Source: a bacterium | Lineage (GTDB): Bacteria; Electryoneota; Electryoneia; Electryoneales; Electryoneaceae | Length of the DNA stretch: 64,000 bases | Reading direction: 5' to 3' | NCBI GenBank assembly: GCA_963669175.1 | Contig: OY769902.1 | Coordinates: 2,016,001-2,080,000, forward strand | Shown here: piece after piece, positions 40,208 to 49,186 of the stretch | How positions within the stretch are numbered: the first letter of the stretch is position 1 | Layout of the letters: each line of letters opens with the position of its first letter | Translations under genes and position numbers: made by a program | The notes under the pieces: model-generated | Databases searched by the model: none | Told to the model about the DNA's origin: nothing | Seen by the model: the letters and a program-made list of their open reading frames with translations, nothing else

Positions 40208-41470
40208 ATGGACAGAAAGATAGAAAAGAAAAAATGGCCGCCGAAGAAGATTGCCCTGTACGGGGGCGTCGCGGCGGTAGTGCTGGTGGTCGGGTACATG
40301 TTGGCGTTCGGGGATCGGAGCAGCCGTTTGTATGTCGATCCTGACAAGCATACCATTTCAACCGTTGAGTTCGGTGAATTTCAGGAATGGATACCTGTCA
40401 ACGGCACCGTGGAACCGATAAAGACCGTCTACCTCGACGCCATTGAAGGCGGGCAGGTAGAAGAGATATTTGTGGAAGAGGGCGCTACAGTTGAAGCCGG
40501 TGATCCTCTTGTCCGTCTGAATAACACCAACCTGCTGCTGGACATCATGTACCGTGAAGCGGAGCTTTTCCAGCAGATCAACAACCTTCGTAACACTCGC
40601 ATCACCATGGAGCAGCGTAAGCTTGAATTGCAGGGACGTCTGCTTGATCTCGATTTCCAGATACGTGAAGCCAAACGTCGTCATGAGCGTTACCAGGAAC
40701 TGGCAAAGTCCGGCCTGGTCAGCGAGGAGGAACGTCAACAGGCGGATGAAGATTTTGAATACCTGGTTCGCAACCGTGAGCTGACCCTCGAGACGTTCAA
40801 GCAGGACAGCATGTTCCGCAAGATCCAGATCGAGTCGCTGGAAGGGTCGGTTCATCGCATGGAGACCAACCTTGAGGTCGTGCGCAAAAAGATGGAGAAC
40901 CTGACCATCCGTGCGCCTATCCGTGGTCAACTCACCGCCCTTGATGCCGAAATCGGACAGAACAAACCCCAGGGAACACGACTTGGCCAGATTGACCAGC
41001 TTGATGGTTTCCAGGTGGCGTGCCTGGTGGATGAATACTACCTGTCACGTGTCAGTTCGGGATTGCGAGGCACGTTTACCTTTGCCAACGATGATTTTGA
41101 ATTACGTTCCACCAAGGTCTATCCGCAGGTGCGTGACGGTCGATTCGAAGTAGAAATGTCCTTCACCGGGAGTGAGCCCGAAGGGATACGGCGCGGGCAG
41201 ACAGTACGTGTGCGTCTTGAGCTTGGCGATCCTACGGAAGCAATCATGATTCCGCGTGGCGGCTTCTTCCAGAGTACCGGGGGACGGTGGATCTTTGTCG
41301 TCGATCCTTCCGGCGAAGTCGCGATTCGACGCGATATCCAGCTCGGGCAGATGAATGCGCGCATGTTTGAGGTGCTCGGCGGCGTGGAACCCGGAGAACG
41401 AGTGGTGACGTCTTCCTACGACAACTTCGGTGATGTGGATAAGTTGGTGTTTGAAAAGGAAGTGAAATAA
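40208..41470 (+). CDS. Efflux periplasmic adaptor (MFP/HlyD, MacA-like)
   Basis: N-terminal TM, GGQVEEIFVEEG lipoyl half, coiled hairpin, IRAPIRG, G..PGERVV. Confidence 0.93.
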   Translation: MDRKIEKKKWPPKKIALYGGVAAVVLVVGYMLAFGDRSSRLYVDPDKHTISTVEFGEFQEWIPVNGTVEPIKTVYLDAIEGGQVEEIFVEEGATVEAGDPLVRLNNTNLLLDIMYREAELFQQINNLRNTRITMEQRKLELQGRLLDLDFQIREAKRRHERYQELAKSGLVSEEERQQADEDFEYLVRNRELTLETFKQDSMFRKIQIESLEGSVHRMETNLEVVRKKMENLTIRAPIRGQLTALDAEIGQNKPQGTRLGQIDQLDGFQVACLVDEYYLSRVSSGLRGTFTFANDDFELRSTKVYPQVRDGRFEVEMSFTGSEPEGIRRGQTVRVRLELGDPTEAIMIPRGGFFQSTGGRWIFVVDPSGEVAIRRDIQLGQMNARMFEVLGGVEPGERVVTSSYDNFGDVDKLVFEKEVK

Positions 41471-41762
41471 GTGAAAAAAGTAGGCAGTGAAAAAGGTAAA
41501 AAAGGTAAAGAAAGTAAAAAAGGTAAAGAAGGGAAAGAAGGTTGCAAGATTTGAAAGTTATCTCAGATAGCCCGGCCATGCCTGGCCGGGGAATATGAAA
41601 CCAGAGGTTGAAGTGAGTACAGCAATATGGACTACTCATTCCATCGCTCGAGATCCCCGTTCAGGCCGGGGATGACATACTAGGAAGTTCTAAAGTTCTC
41701 AAGTTCTAAAGTTATAAAGTTATAAAGTTATTTGGATGTGATAGTAATTCCTAATTATCAAT
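41460..41762 (+). repeat. Composite intergenic cassette (A-rich 9-mers, REP, GATCCCCG hairpin, AAAGTT and AATTCCT arrays)
   Basis: 41567-41678 is near-identical to 43259-43371. Confidence 0.85.
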
Positions 41763-41849
41763 TGTCCTATTATCCTGTTAGAAAATTATCCTGTGAGAAA
41801 AAAGAGTGTTAGAAAGAAGCGAAGCACATACAGCGGGAAGGAAAGGATC

Positions 41850-42539
41850 ATGATTCGGACAGTGGATCTGGTGAAGGTGTACCGCACGGAAGAGGTGGAG
41901 ACGACCGCGCTGAATAACGTGAACATCGAGGTTCGTGAAGGTGAATTTGTCGCTATCATGGGCCCGTCAGGCTGTGGCAAGTCCACCCTGCTGAACGTCC
42001 TGGGCTTGCTGGATAATCCCTCCACGGGGCAGTATTTCTTCCTGGACAAAGAGGTTGCCAAGTTCAGCGAACGTCAGCGCGCCCACCTGCGCAAGAACAA
42101 CATCGGATTTGTTTTCCAGAGCTTTAACCTGATTGATGAGCTGACCGTTTTCGAAAACGTCGAACTTCCTCTGTTGTATCAGGGCGTCAATAGCGGCGAC
42201 CGTAAGAAGAAGGTAGAGGAAGCGCTGGAGAAGATGAACATCATGCACCGTTCCAAGCACTTCCCGCAGCAACTATCCGGTGGTCAGCAGCAGCGTGTGG
42301 CGGTAGCGCGTGCGGTGGTCGGCTCACCGAAGATCATCCTTGCAGACGAACCCACCGGTAACCTGGACAGCAGCCATGGTGACGAAGTGATGAACCTGCT
42401 GGGCAAGCTGCATGAAGAAGGCACCACGATCCTGATGGTGACACACTCTCCGGCTTACGCGGAATATGCCCAGCGTGTCATTCACCTGTTCGACGGTCAT
42501 GTGGTCACTGAGAATATCACCGAAAAAGCGGGCGTCTGA
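41850..42539 (+). CDS. ABC transporter ATP-binding protein (MacB/LolD-like)
   Basis: GPSGCGKS, LSGGQQQR, ILADEPTGNLD, VTH. Confidence 0.96.
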   Translation: MIRTVDLVKVYRTEEVETTALNNVNIEVREGEFVAIMGPSGCGKSTLLNVLGLLDNPSTGQYFFLDKEVAKFSERQRAHLRKNNIGFVFQSFNLIDELTVFENVELPLLYQGVNSGDRKKKVEEALEKMNIMHRSKHFPQQLSGGQQQRVAVARAVVGSPKIILADEPTGNLDSSHGDEVMNLLGKLHEEGTTILMVTHSPAYAEYAQRVIHLFDGHVVTENITEKAGV

Positions 42540-42557
42540 TTCGGAAAGGGAGCCGGT

Positions 42558-43238
42558 ATGATCGAGCTGGATGGACTGTTCCGCTACTACGATAATGCGG
42601 CGGGACGCTACTACGTGCTGCAGGACATCAACCTGAATTTCGCCGAAGGCGAGTTCACCACCATCATGGGACCGTCCGGAGCGGGTAAATCAACCCTGCT
42701 GCATATCCTTGGCCTGCTGGATGAAGCAAACCAGGGCGCGTACCGTTTTATGGGGCAGGATGTTACCCGGTTGAAGGAAAAACAGCGCACCCAGTTGCAT
42801 CGCCAACACATCGGGTTTGTGTTCCAGAGTTACCACCTGATCGATGAGTTGACCGTCTATGAGAACATCGAGACGCCTCTTCTTTACAACAAGGTGAAGA
42901 GCAACGAACGCAAGGGGCGTGTCAGTGATATGCTGGACCGTTTCAATATCGTCGCGAAAAAAGACCTGTTCCCAAACCAGTTGTCCGGTGGTCAACAGCA
43001 GTTGGTTGCCATCGCACGTGCGCTGATCAACAACCCACGTCTGATCCTGGCCGATGAACCGACCGGGAACCTGAATTCGGCGCAGGGCGATGAGATCATG
43101 AAGCTCTTCAGCAAGCTGAACAAGGAAGAGGGTGTGACCATCCTCCAGGTGACTCACTCCGAGAAGAACGCGGAATACAGCAGGCGAGTGATTCACTTGC
43201 TGGATGGGCGTTTGGAAGTTGAAAAGTTTAAAAGTTGA
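42558..43238 (+). CDS. ABC transporter ATP-binding protein (second paralog)
   Basis: GPSGAGKS, LSGGQQQL, ILADEPTGNLN, VTH. Confidence 0.95.
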   Translation: MIELDGLFRYYDNAAGRYYVLQDINLNFAEGEFTTIMGPSGAGKSTLLHILGLLDEANQGAYRFMGQDVTRLKEKQRTQLHRQHIGFVFQSYHLIDELTVYENIETPLLYNKVKSNERKGRVSDMLDRFNIVAKKDLFPNQLSGGQQQLVAIARALINNPRLILADEPTGNLNSAQGDEIMKLFSKLNKEEGVTILQVTHSEKNAEYSRRVIHLLDGRLEVEKFKS

Positions 43239-43258
43239 AAAGTTGTAAAGTTAATGAG

Positions 43259-43368
43259 GTAGCCCGGCCATGCCTGGCCGGGGAATATGAAGCCAGAGGT
43301 TGAAGTAAACAAAGAAATGAGGATTACTCATTCCATCGCTCGAGATCCCCGTTCAGGCCGGGGATGAC
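43259..43368 (+). repeat. GTAG-REP plus GATCCCCG hairpin (duplicate of 41567-41676)
   Basis: gtagcccggccatgcctggccggg...ctcattccatcgctcgagatccccgttcaggccggggatgac. Confidence 0.9.
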
Positions 43369-43500
43369 ATAATAGCAGTGGATGACATAATGGCCGGGGA
43401 TGACATAATAGCAGTGGATGACATAATAGCCGGGGATGACATAATAGCAGTGGATGACATAATAGCCGGGGATGACATAATAGCCGGGAATGACATAATA
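43357..43500 (+). repeat. Tandem array of eight 18-bp units alternating two variants
   Basis: gccggggatgacataata / gcagtggatgacataata alternating. Confidence 0.95.
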
Positions 43501-43619
43501 GGAAGTTGAAAAGTTGAAAAGTTATTTAGATGATATAGTCAATTCCTAATTTCTAATTGCTAATTGTATCCGGTTCATTCTTAATTCATCATTTTTAATT
43601 CTTAATTCAAGAGGTAAGC

Positions 43620-46007
43620 GTGTTCAGGAACTACATCAAGGTTGCCTTACGCAGTTTGAGTCGTCAGAAGGGGTATGCCTTCATCAACGTAACCGGTCTG
43701 GCGATCGGATTGGCGGCGTTTGCCCTGATCATGATGTATGTCCACTTCCACTGGAGTTACGACCGTTTCAACCAGGACACGGATCGCCTGTACCGCATGG
43801 TTGAGATCCAGCAATGGGGCCCGGAAGATGTGCATGTCGCGGTAACCATGGGTGCGCTTGCCCCGGCCCTGATGGAAGATTTTCCCGAGATTGAAGCGGC
43901 TACGCGTGTACGCCGCATCAGTGACCGGCTGTTCCAGGTCAACGATATCCGTGAATACGAATCTGTGATCTATGTAGCGGATGATCAATTCTTCAACATC
44001 TTTTCCTTTCCCTTAATACATGGCACCACAGAAAATCTGCTTGCAGAGCCATCCCAGATTGTTCTGACCGAAAAACTGGCGATGAAATATTTCGGGCGTA
44101 CGGATGTGATAGGTGAGACCATCCTGGTACAGAACAAGTCCGAACTTCGGGTTGCAGCGGTCATGGCTGATCCACCGTCAAATTCTCATATCCGTCCCGA
44201 TTGCATTATTGCATGGCAGGAATTCGTAAAGGATTCTCCCAACCTGGAATCCTGGTGGACCAATCACCTGGCGACCTATTTCAAGCTTATTCCGGGCGCG
44301 GACATCGAAAGCGTAAATGCCAAACTCCCGGATTTTATTGCCAAGTACCGCGTTTCAGAGGATCCGGATTACAAAGAGAGTATGAAGATGTATGCTCAGC
44401 CGATGCTGGACATGCACCTGCATACCACACATATCAAGTATGACACCAATCCAGATAAAACCGATGCCAATGTGCTCACGATGCTGGTAGCAATTGCGGT
44501 AGGCATTATCCTGCTGGCCTGTATCAACTTCATGAATCTCGCTACGGCACGTTCCATGCGCCGCGCACGTGAGGTCGGTCTGCGCAAGGTTGTCGGGGCG
44601 ATGCGGATCCAGTTGATGCTGCAGTACATCGGTGAGTCCATGTTGTTGAGCCTGCTGGCATTGCTTCCGGCTTTTGTGCTGGTTGAGTTGGCTGGACCAC
44701 ACATGGGGACTTTGCTGGGCAGGGAAGATATCAACTTCCACCTGTTCAACAATCCCTGGATGTCAGGCGGAATGCTGGCTACGGCGTTGGTGGTGGGCAT
44801 TTTGTCCGGAGTATACCCGGCTTTTGTTTTGTCGGCATATCGTCCGGTACGCGTGTTAAAGGGACGTGTTGACAGTCTGAGAAAAGGCGCCTTCTTGCGG
44901 CGTGCGTTGGTCGTGATGCAGTTCAGCCTGTCGATCTTGCTCCTGATCGGAACCGGGATCATCATTCAGCAGATTCATTACTTGCGGAACAAACCCCTTG
45001 GCTACGACAAAAACATGGTTGTAGTCATTCCAATCGGGAGTGAACAGATTCGTGAACGGTTGGATGCACTGACCACAGAGCTAAAGCTTGATCCATCCAT
45101 AGAGAATGTGAGCCTGTCAAACAGTATTCCCAGCTCAGGACGCAGTTCAAGCGGGATGCGTCCGGCGGATACGCCGGAGGACAGGGACTATGTCATCAAC
45201 GTGAATTACGTCGATGAGAACTTCGTCCCGGTATATGGGATGGAAATGGCGATGGGACGGAACTTTAATGCTGATCTGGCATCTGATTCGATGGGTATGA
45301 TAATCAATGAGACCGCGTATCGTCAATTTGGCTGGGATACCATCGACGGCAAGTATATACGCTTCATCAACGATGAGAAACGTCCCGTTGTCGGTGTAGT
45401 AAAGGACTACCATTTCCGTCAATTATCCATCCAGATCGAGCCGTTGGTGCTGATGTTTTATCCCACTTCCATATGGGCTGCAAATGTGAAGTTGGTTGAT
45501 GGTAATGTGCCGGCGACATTGGATCGTATCCGGAAAATATGGGATGGCCTGTACCCGGAGTATCCTTTCGAATACAGTTTCTTTGATGAGAGGATCGAAC
45601 GTCAGTTCGAGGAATATAAACGTGCCCAAGGCATCCTGCTGATTTTCTCCAGCATCGCTATCCTGATCGCTTCGCTTGGTTTGCTGGGATTGGCTTCCTT
45701 TATGGCGAATCGGCGAACACGAGAATTCAGTATTCGAAAAGTGCTGGGCGCCTCTCCCATTACGCTTATTTCCCTGATTTCACGTGAGTTTGTCATCCTG
45801 TTGAGTATCGCCTCGTTGATTGCATGGGGCACGGCGTACCTGATCGCAGAGAAACTGCTGGCGCATATGCCGTATCACGCGCCGCTGCACTGGTCCATCT
45901 TCATTGAAGGGGCCTTGCTGGCGATGGTGTTCGCTATGCTTACGGTATCGGGACAGGCGGCACGCGCGGCGTCGGTGAATCCGGCAGATGCTCTTAGACA
46001 TGAATGA
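43620..46007 (+). CDS. ABC transporter permease (duplicated MacB_PCD/FtsX domains)
   Basis: MFRNYIKVALRSL, INVTGLAIG, ACINFMNL..RAREVGLRKVVGA, NPADALRHE. Confidence 0.95.
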   Translation: MFRNYIKVALRSLSRQKGYAFINVTGLAIGLAAFALIMMYVHFHWSYDRFNQDTDRLYRMVEIQQWGPEDVHVAVTMGALAPALMEDFPEIEAATRVRRISDRLFQVNDIREYESVIYVADDQFFNIFSFPLIHGTTENLLAEPSQIVLTEKLAMKYFGRTDVIGETILVQNKSELRVAAVMADPPSNSHIRPDCIIAWQEFVKDSPNLESWWTNHLATYFKLIPGADIESVNAKLPDFIAKYRVSEDPDYKESMKMYAQPMLDMHLHTTHIKYDTNPDKTDANVLTMLVAIAVGIILLACINFMNLATARSMRRAREVGLRKVVGAMRIQLMLQYIGESMLLSLLALLPAFVLVELAGPHMGTLLGREDINFHLFNNPWMSGGMLATALVVGILSGVYPAFVLSAYRPVRVLKGRVDSLRKGAFLRRALVVMQFSLSILLLIGTGIIIQQIHYLRNKPLGYDKNMVVVIPIGSEQIRERLDALTTELKLDPSIENVSLSNSIPSSGRSSSGMRPADTPEDRDYVINVNYVDENFVPVYGMEMAMGRNFNADLASDSMGMIINETAYRQFGWDTIDGKYIRFINDEKRPVVGVVKDYHFRQLSIQIEPLVLMFYPTSIWAANVKLVDGNVPATLDRIRKIWDGLYPEYPFEYSFFDERIERQFEEYKRAQGILLIFSSIAILIASLGLLGLASFMANRRTREFSIRKVLGASPITLISLISREFVILLSIASLIAWGTAYLIAEKLLAHMPYHAPLHWSIFIEGALLAMVFAMLTVSGQAARAASVNPADALRHE

Positions 46008-46056
46008 AGTAAAAAAAGGTAAAGAAAAGTAAAAAAAGGTAAAGAAGGTAAGTCAG

Positions 46057-46206
46057 GTAGCCCGGCCATGCTTGGCCGGGAAATGACTGTTCCCTCTTTT
46101 TGAGCACTGGCAGAGATTCCACGGAAAAGGGGACAGTTTCCTTTTCCACAAGATGAACGAGAGAGTGCTATGCGAGCGCGAGGAAAAGGATCCCGTCCCC
46201 TTTTCC
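46057..46206. repeat. GTAG-REP and two-box inverted-repeat element
   Basis: gtagcccggccatgcttggccggg 46057-46080; ggaaaaggggacag...cccgtccccttttcc 46123-46206. Confidence 0.8.
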
Positions 46207-46263
46207 GGGACTCGTGCTGAATAACGGTGAGGAATTCGAGCTGAACAAGTAGAGGAGAAGAGG

Positions 46264-48690
46264 ATGATCCGCAACTACCTGGTTGTAGCGTTACGGACGT
46301 TGTGGCGTGGAAAGGTGCATTCGCTGATCAATGTTTTCGGGCTGGCCCTGGGCATTGCGACCTGTTTGCTGATCTACGTGTATGTCCGCTATGACCTTAG
46401 CTGGGATCATCACAATGAGAACCTTGGCAGGTTGTACCGTGTGATCAACCGGACGGATGAACCGGGTAAAGATCCACGATACGCCCGAAACATTACCGCC
46501 CTGTTTGCGGAGACCTGTAAAGGGAATATCCCGGGAATCGAAGAGTACGTGCGTTATACCAATTCGGAAGACGTTATCCGTATCGGCGCACATGTATACG
46601 AGGAAGAGATCGGCTACGCGGAGCCGGGTATTTTCAACAGCTTCACTTTCCCGGTTATACGTGGGCAGCAGGAATCGCCGCTGGAAGACTTGTCCAGTGT
46701 GGTAATCACAGAAGAACTGGCGAAAAAATACTTCAAGGGTTCCAATCCCATCGGGCAAACGATAGAAGTAAAGGTGGACACGGCATTTATTCCACTGGTG
46801 GTTACAGCCGTCGTTCAAAATGCCCCGCCGACAGCAACGATCAATCCCAAGCTGTTTGTTCAATATGAGCATACCTATGAAGTCATGCGCAGGATGATAT
46901 CGTCCAACTGGACAACAGTCTTCTCTGAAACCTATGTGATGCTCGAGGAAGGAGTTTCTCGTGAAGCGGTTGAACAGTCACTGGCCACCTATATCCCCTC
47001 TGTTGTCGACAGGGAGGAAGAAGAGGATGTGTGGAAGCTGAACTTTGTGCTGCAACCGTTGGCCGAACGTCATATGTCACTGTCGCCGGGCAATGTTTAC
47101 CCAACTGAAGTCAAACCTACAGGATTGTATGTCCTGTCTGGGATTGGAATCGCTATCCTGCTGATCGCCTGCATCAATTTTACCACGCTTGCCATCGGAC
47201 GTTCTACCAGCCGGTCACGTGAGATCGGGGTTCGCAAGGTGCTTGGCGCGATGCGAATTCAGCTTGTACGCCAGTTCTTTGTTGAGATTTTCCTGCTGAC
47301 GATCATTGCGATGTCCCTGGGAATCGTGCTGGCAGAATTGTTGTTGCCATTGTTCAATACCATGTTCGAACGTGTCATGACGATTCAGTACGATGTTATC
47401 ACCATATCACTTTTCCTGCTTCTGGCTGCCGCCATTACCCTTGTTGCCGGAGGCTATCCCGCATTGGTCATCAGTGGCTTTCCACCGGTTGCCGCGTTTC
47501 GAGGAGCAATTCGTGTCGGTGGCAAACGACGCTTGCGTCAATCGCTGGTATTCCTGCAATTCGGGCTGTCCATCATGTTGATCACCATTACCCTGGTCAT
47601 GAGCCGTCAGCTTGCTTATGTGCAGAACAAGCAGCTCGGTTTTCACGGCGAGCAGGTTGTTGAGATTGCCGCGCATAGCACCAGTGATGATGCGTTGGTG
47701 GCGATGGAAAGGTTGAGGCAGGAATTACGTGGCGATCCGGGCATTCTATCCATTTCAGGCACTCAGAACGGATTCGGCCACAGGTGGACGTCGCATGGCT
47801 GGACGAATAATGGCGAAGAATTCAGCGGCATCTATTCCAATACGGTTGATCACGTTTACCTGCAAACGATGCAGATTCCTGTTGTGGAAGGGCGAGATTT
47901 TGATCCCGAGATCGCTTCTGATGAGCAACGGTCCTTCATTGTCAACAAGGCGTTTCTTGACTATTTCGGGTGGGACTATGCGGTAGGACGTTCGCTGCCC
48001 GGCAATTTCAAAGACAATGAGATTATCGGAGTGGTGGACAATTTCCATTTCAGCTCGCTGTATGATGAAGTGCAACCGTTGATGATTGGCATCAATCCCT
48101 GGTTGTTTTTCAGTCAGAATGACAATTCTGTTTCCAGCTCCGTCTGGTTCACCATGCAGAATGTGTTGATACGTGTGGACGATCAGGATATCGCCGGTAC
48201 AATGAAGCGTGTTGAGAAAGCATGGCAGGAAGTTGTCCCGGATATGCCTTTCGATTACCGGTTTATCGATGAGAATGTGGATCGACAGTATCGTGAGGAT
48301 CAGCGTTGGAGCCAGCTGATATCTTACGCGTCTATCCTGGCGGTATTGATCGGGGCGTTGGGGGTATTCGGATTGGCGATGCTGGAAGTGAGCCAACGGA
48401 CGCGTGAGATTGGAATACGAAAAGTGTTGGGCGCCAGTGTGCCACGAGTGGTACTGTTGTTGTCGAAAGAAATCACGTTTCTCGTATTGCTGGCGAATGC
48501 GCTGGCGTGGCCTGTTGCATGGCTGCTGATGAACCGTTGGATGGACCAGTTTGCCTACAAGGCGGGCATCAGTCCCTTGTCGATGGTGTTGGCTGGTATG
48601 GTCGCGCTGCTGATCGCTTGGATGACCATTGGCGGATTGGCCTGGAATGCGGCGAACAGTAACCCGGTGGATGCGTTGAGAGCGGAATGA
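46264..48690 (+). CDS. ABC transporter permease (second paralog)
   Basis: MIRNYLVVALRTL, ACINFTTL..RSREIGVRKVLGA, NPVDALRAE. Confidence 0.95.
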   Translation: MIRNYLVVALRTLWRGKVHSLINVFGLALGIATCLLIYVYVRYDLSWDHHNENLGRLYRVINRTDEPGKDPRYARNITALFAETCKGNIPGIEEYVRYTNSEDVIRIGAHVYEEEIGYAEPGIFNSFTFPVIRGQQESPLEDLSSVVITEELAKKYFKGSNPIGQTIEVKVDTAFIPLVVTAVVQNAPPTATINPKLFVQYEHTYEVMRRMISSNWTTVFSETYVMLEEGVSREAVEQSLATYIPSVVDREEEEDVWKLNFVLQPLAERHMSLSPGNVYPTEVKPTGLYVLSGIGIAILLIACINFTTLAIGRSTSRSREIGVRKVLGAMRIQLVRQFFVEIFLLTIIAMSLGIVLAELLLPLFNTMFERVMTIQYDVITISLFLLLAAAITLVAGGYPALVISGFPPVAAFRGAIRVGGKRRLRQSLVFLQFGLSIMLITITLVMSRQLAYVQNKQLGFHGEQVVEIAAHSTSDDALVAMERLRQELRGDPGILSISGTQNGFGHRWTSHGWTNNGEEFSGIYSNTVDHVYLQTMQIPVVEGRDFDPEIASDEQRSFIVNKAFLDYFGWDYAVGRSLPGNFKDNEIIGVVDNFHFSSLYDEVQPLMIGINPWLFFSQNDNSVSSSVWFTMQNVLIRVDDQDIAGTMKRVEKAWQEVVPDMPFDYRFIDENVDRQYREDQRWSQLISYASILAVLIGALGVFGLAMLEVSQRTREIGIRKVLGASVPRVVLLLSKEITFLVLLANALAWPVAWLLMNRWMDQFAYKAGISPLSMVLAGMVALLIAWMTIGGLAWNAANSNPVDALRAE

Positions 48691-48703
48691 ATCTCTTGAA
48701 GTC

Positions 48704-48820
48704 AGAAAGTTTAAAAGTTTGAAAGTTCTAAAGTTACAGGGTTCTTTGATCATAATATGTAATTCCTAATTCCTAATTTCTAATTTCTAATTCCTAATTA
48801 TCAATTGTTAATTCTTAATT
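48704..48820 (+). repeat. AAAGTTnn array plus AATT(C/T)CT heptamer array
   Basis: agaaagtttaaaagtttgaaagttctaaagtt; aattcct aattcct aatttct aatttct aattcct. Confidence 0.85.
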
Positions 48821-48855
48821 GCCGTTCAACCGGGCCGGGGAAACGGAGGGCAAAG

Positions 48856-49125
48856 ATGCCGAACGTAACCATTCAGATTCCCTTTCAAGAGGGTGAGAAC
48901 TCGATGGAAATCGAGGTGACCGTCAACGGAAACAAGCGCAAGATTCAGTACCGCGTGGAAGTTGTTCGATGGTCGGAAGATTGTGATGATCAGGAAGTCA
49001 AGATCCAGTGCCTGCAACGTCATATCGCCGATAAGAAACGCGATTGGCAGTTGCTGAACATTGGCGCTGGCGGTGACGATCATGTGCCGGTACTATTTAA
49101 AAAGCTGGCGCCATCGACATCGTAG
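48856..49125 (+). CDS. Small hypothetical protein (89 aa) in exporter cluster
   Basis: ggaggg RBS; compact beta-rich sequence between permease and regulator. Confidence 0.75.
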   Translation: MPNVTIQIPFQEGENSMEIEVTVNGNKRKIQYRVEVVRWSEDCDDQEVKIQCLQRHIADKKRDWQLLNIGAGGDDHVPVLFKKLAPSTS

Positions 49126-49141
49126 TGTCCGATTTCGTACA
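49126..49141. promoter_or_regulatory. Second copy of the putative activator-binding palindrome
   Basis: TGTCCGatttCGTACA vs TGTCCGataaCGGACA at 40076. Confidence 0.65.
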
Positions 49142-49186
49142 TTGGTGGATTATCTATCCATCGAACCGCGACTGATGGGAAGGGGC

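Noticed and set aside
43357-43500. Possible CRISPR array
   Set aside because: Units are contiguous 18-bp tandem repeats with no unique spacers, and no cas genes are present.
47755-48753. Long antisense ORFs (also 3048-3827, 32049-32903, 34500-35393, 50274-51047, 51060-51848)
   Set aside because: They are shadows of well-supported genes on the opposite strand.
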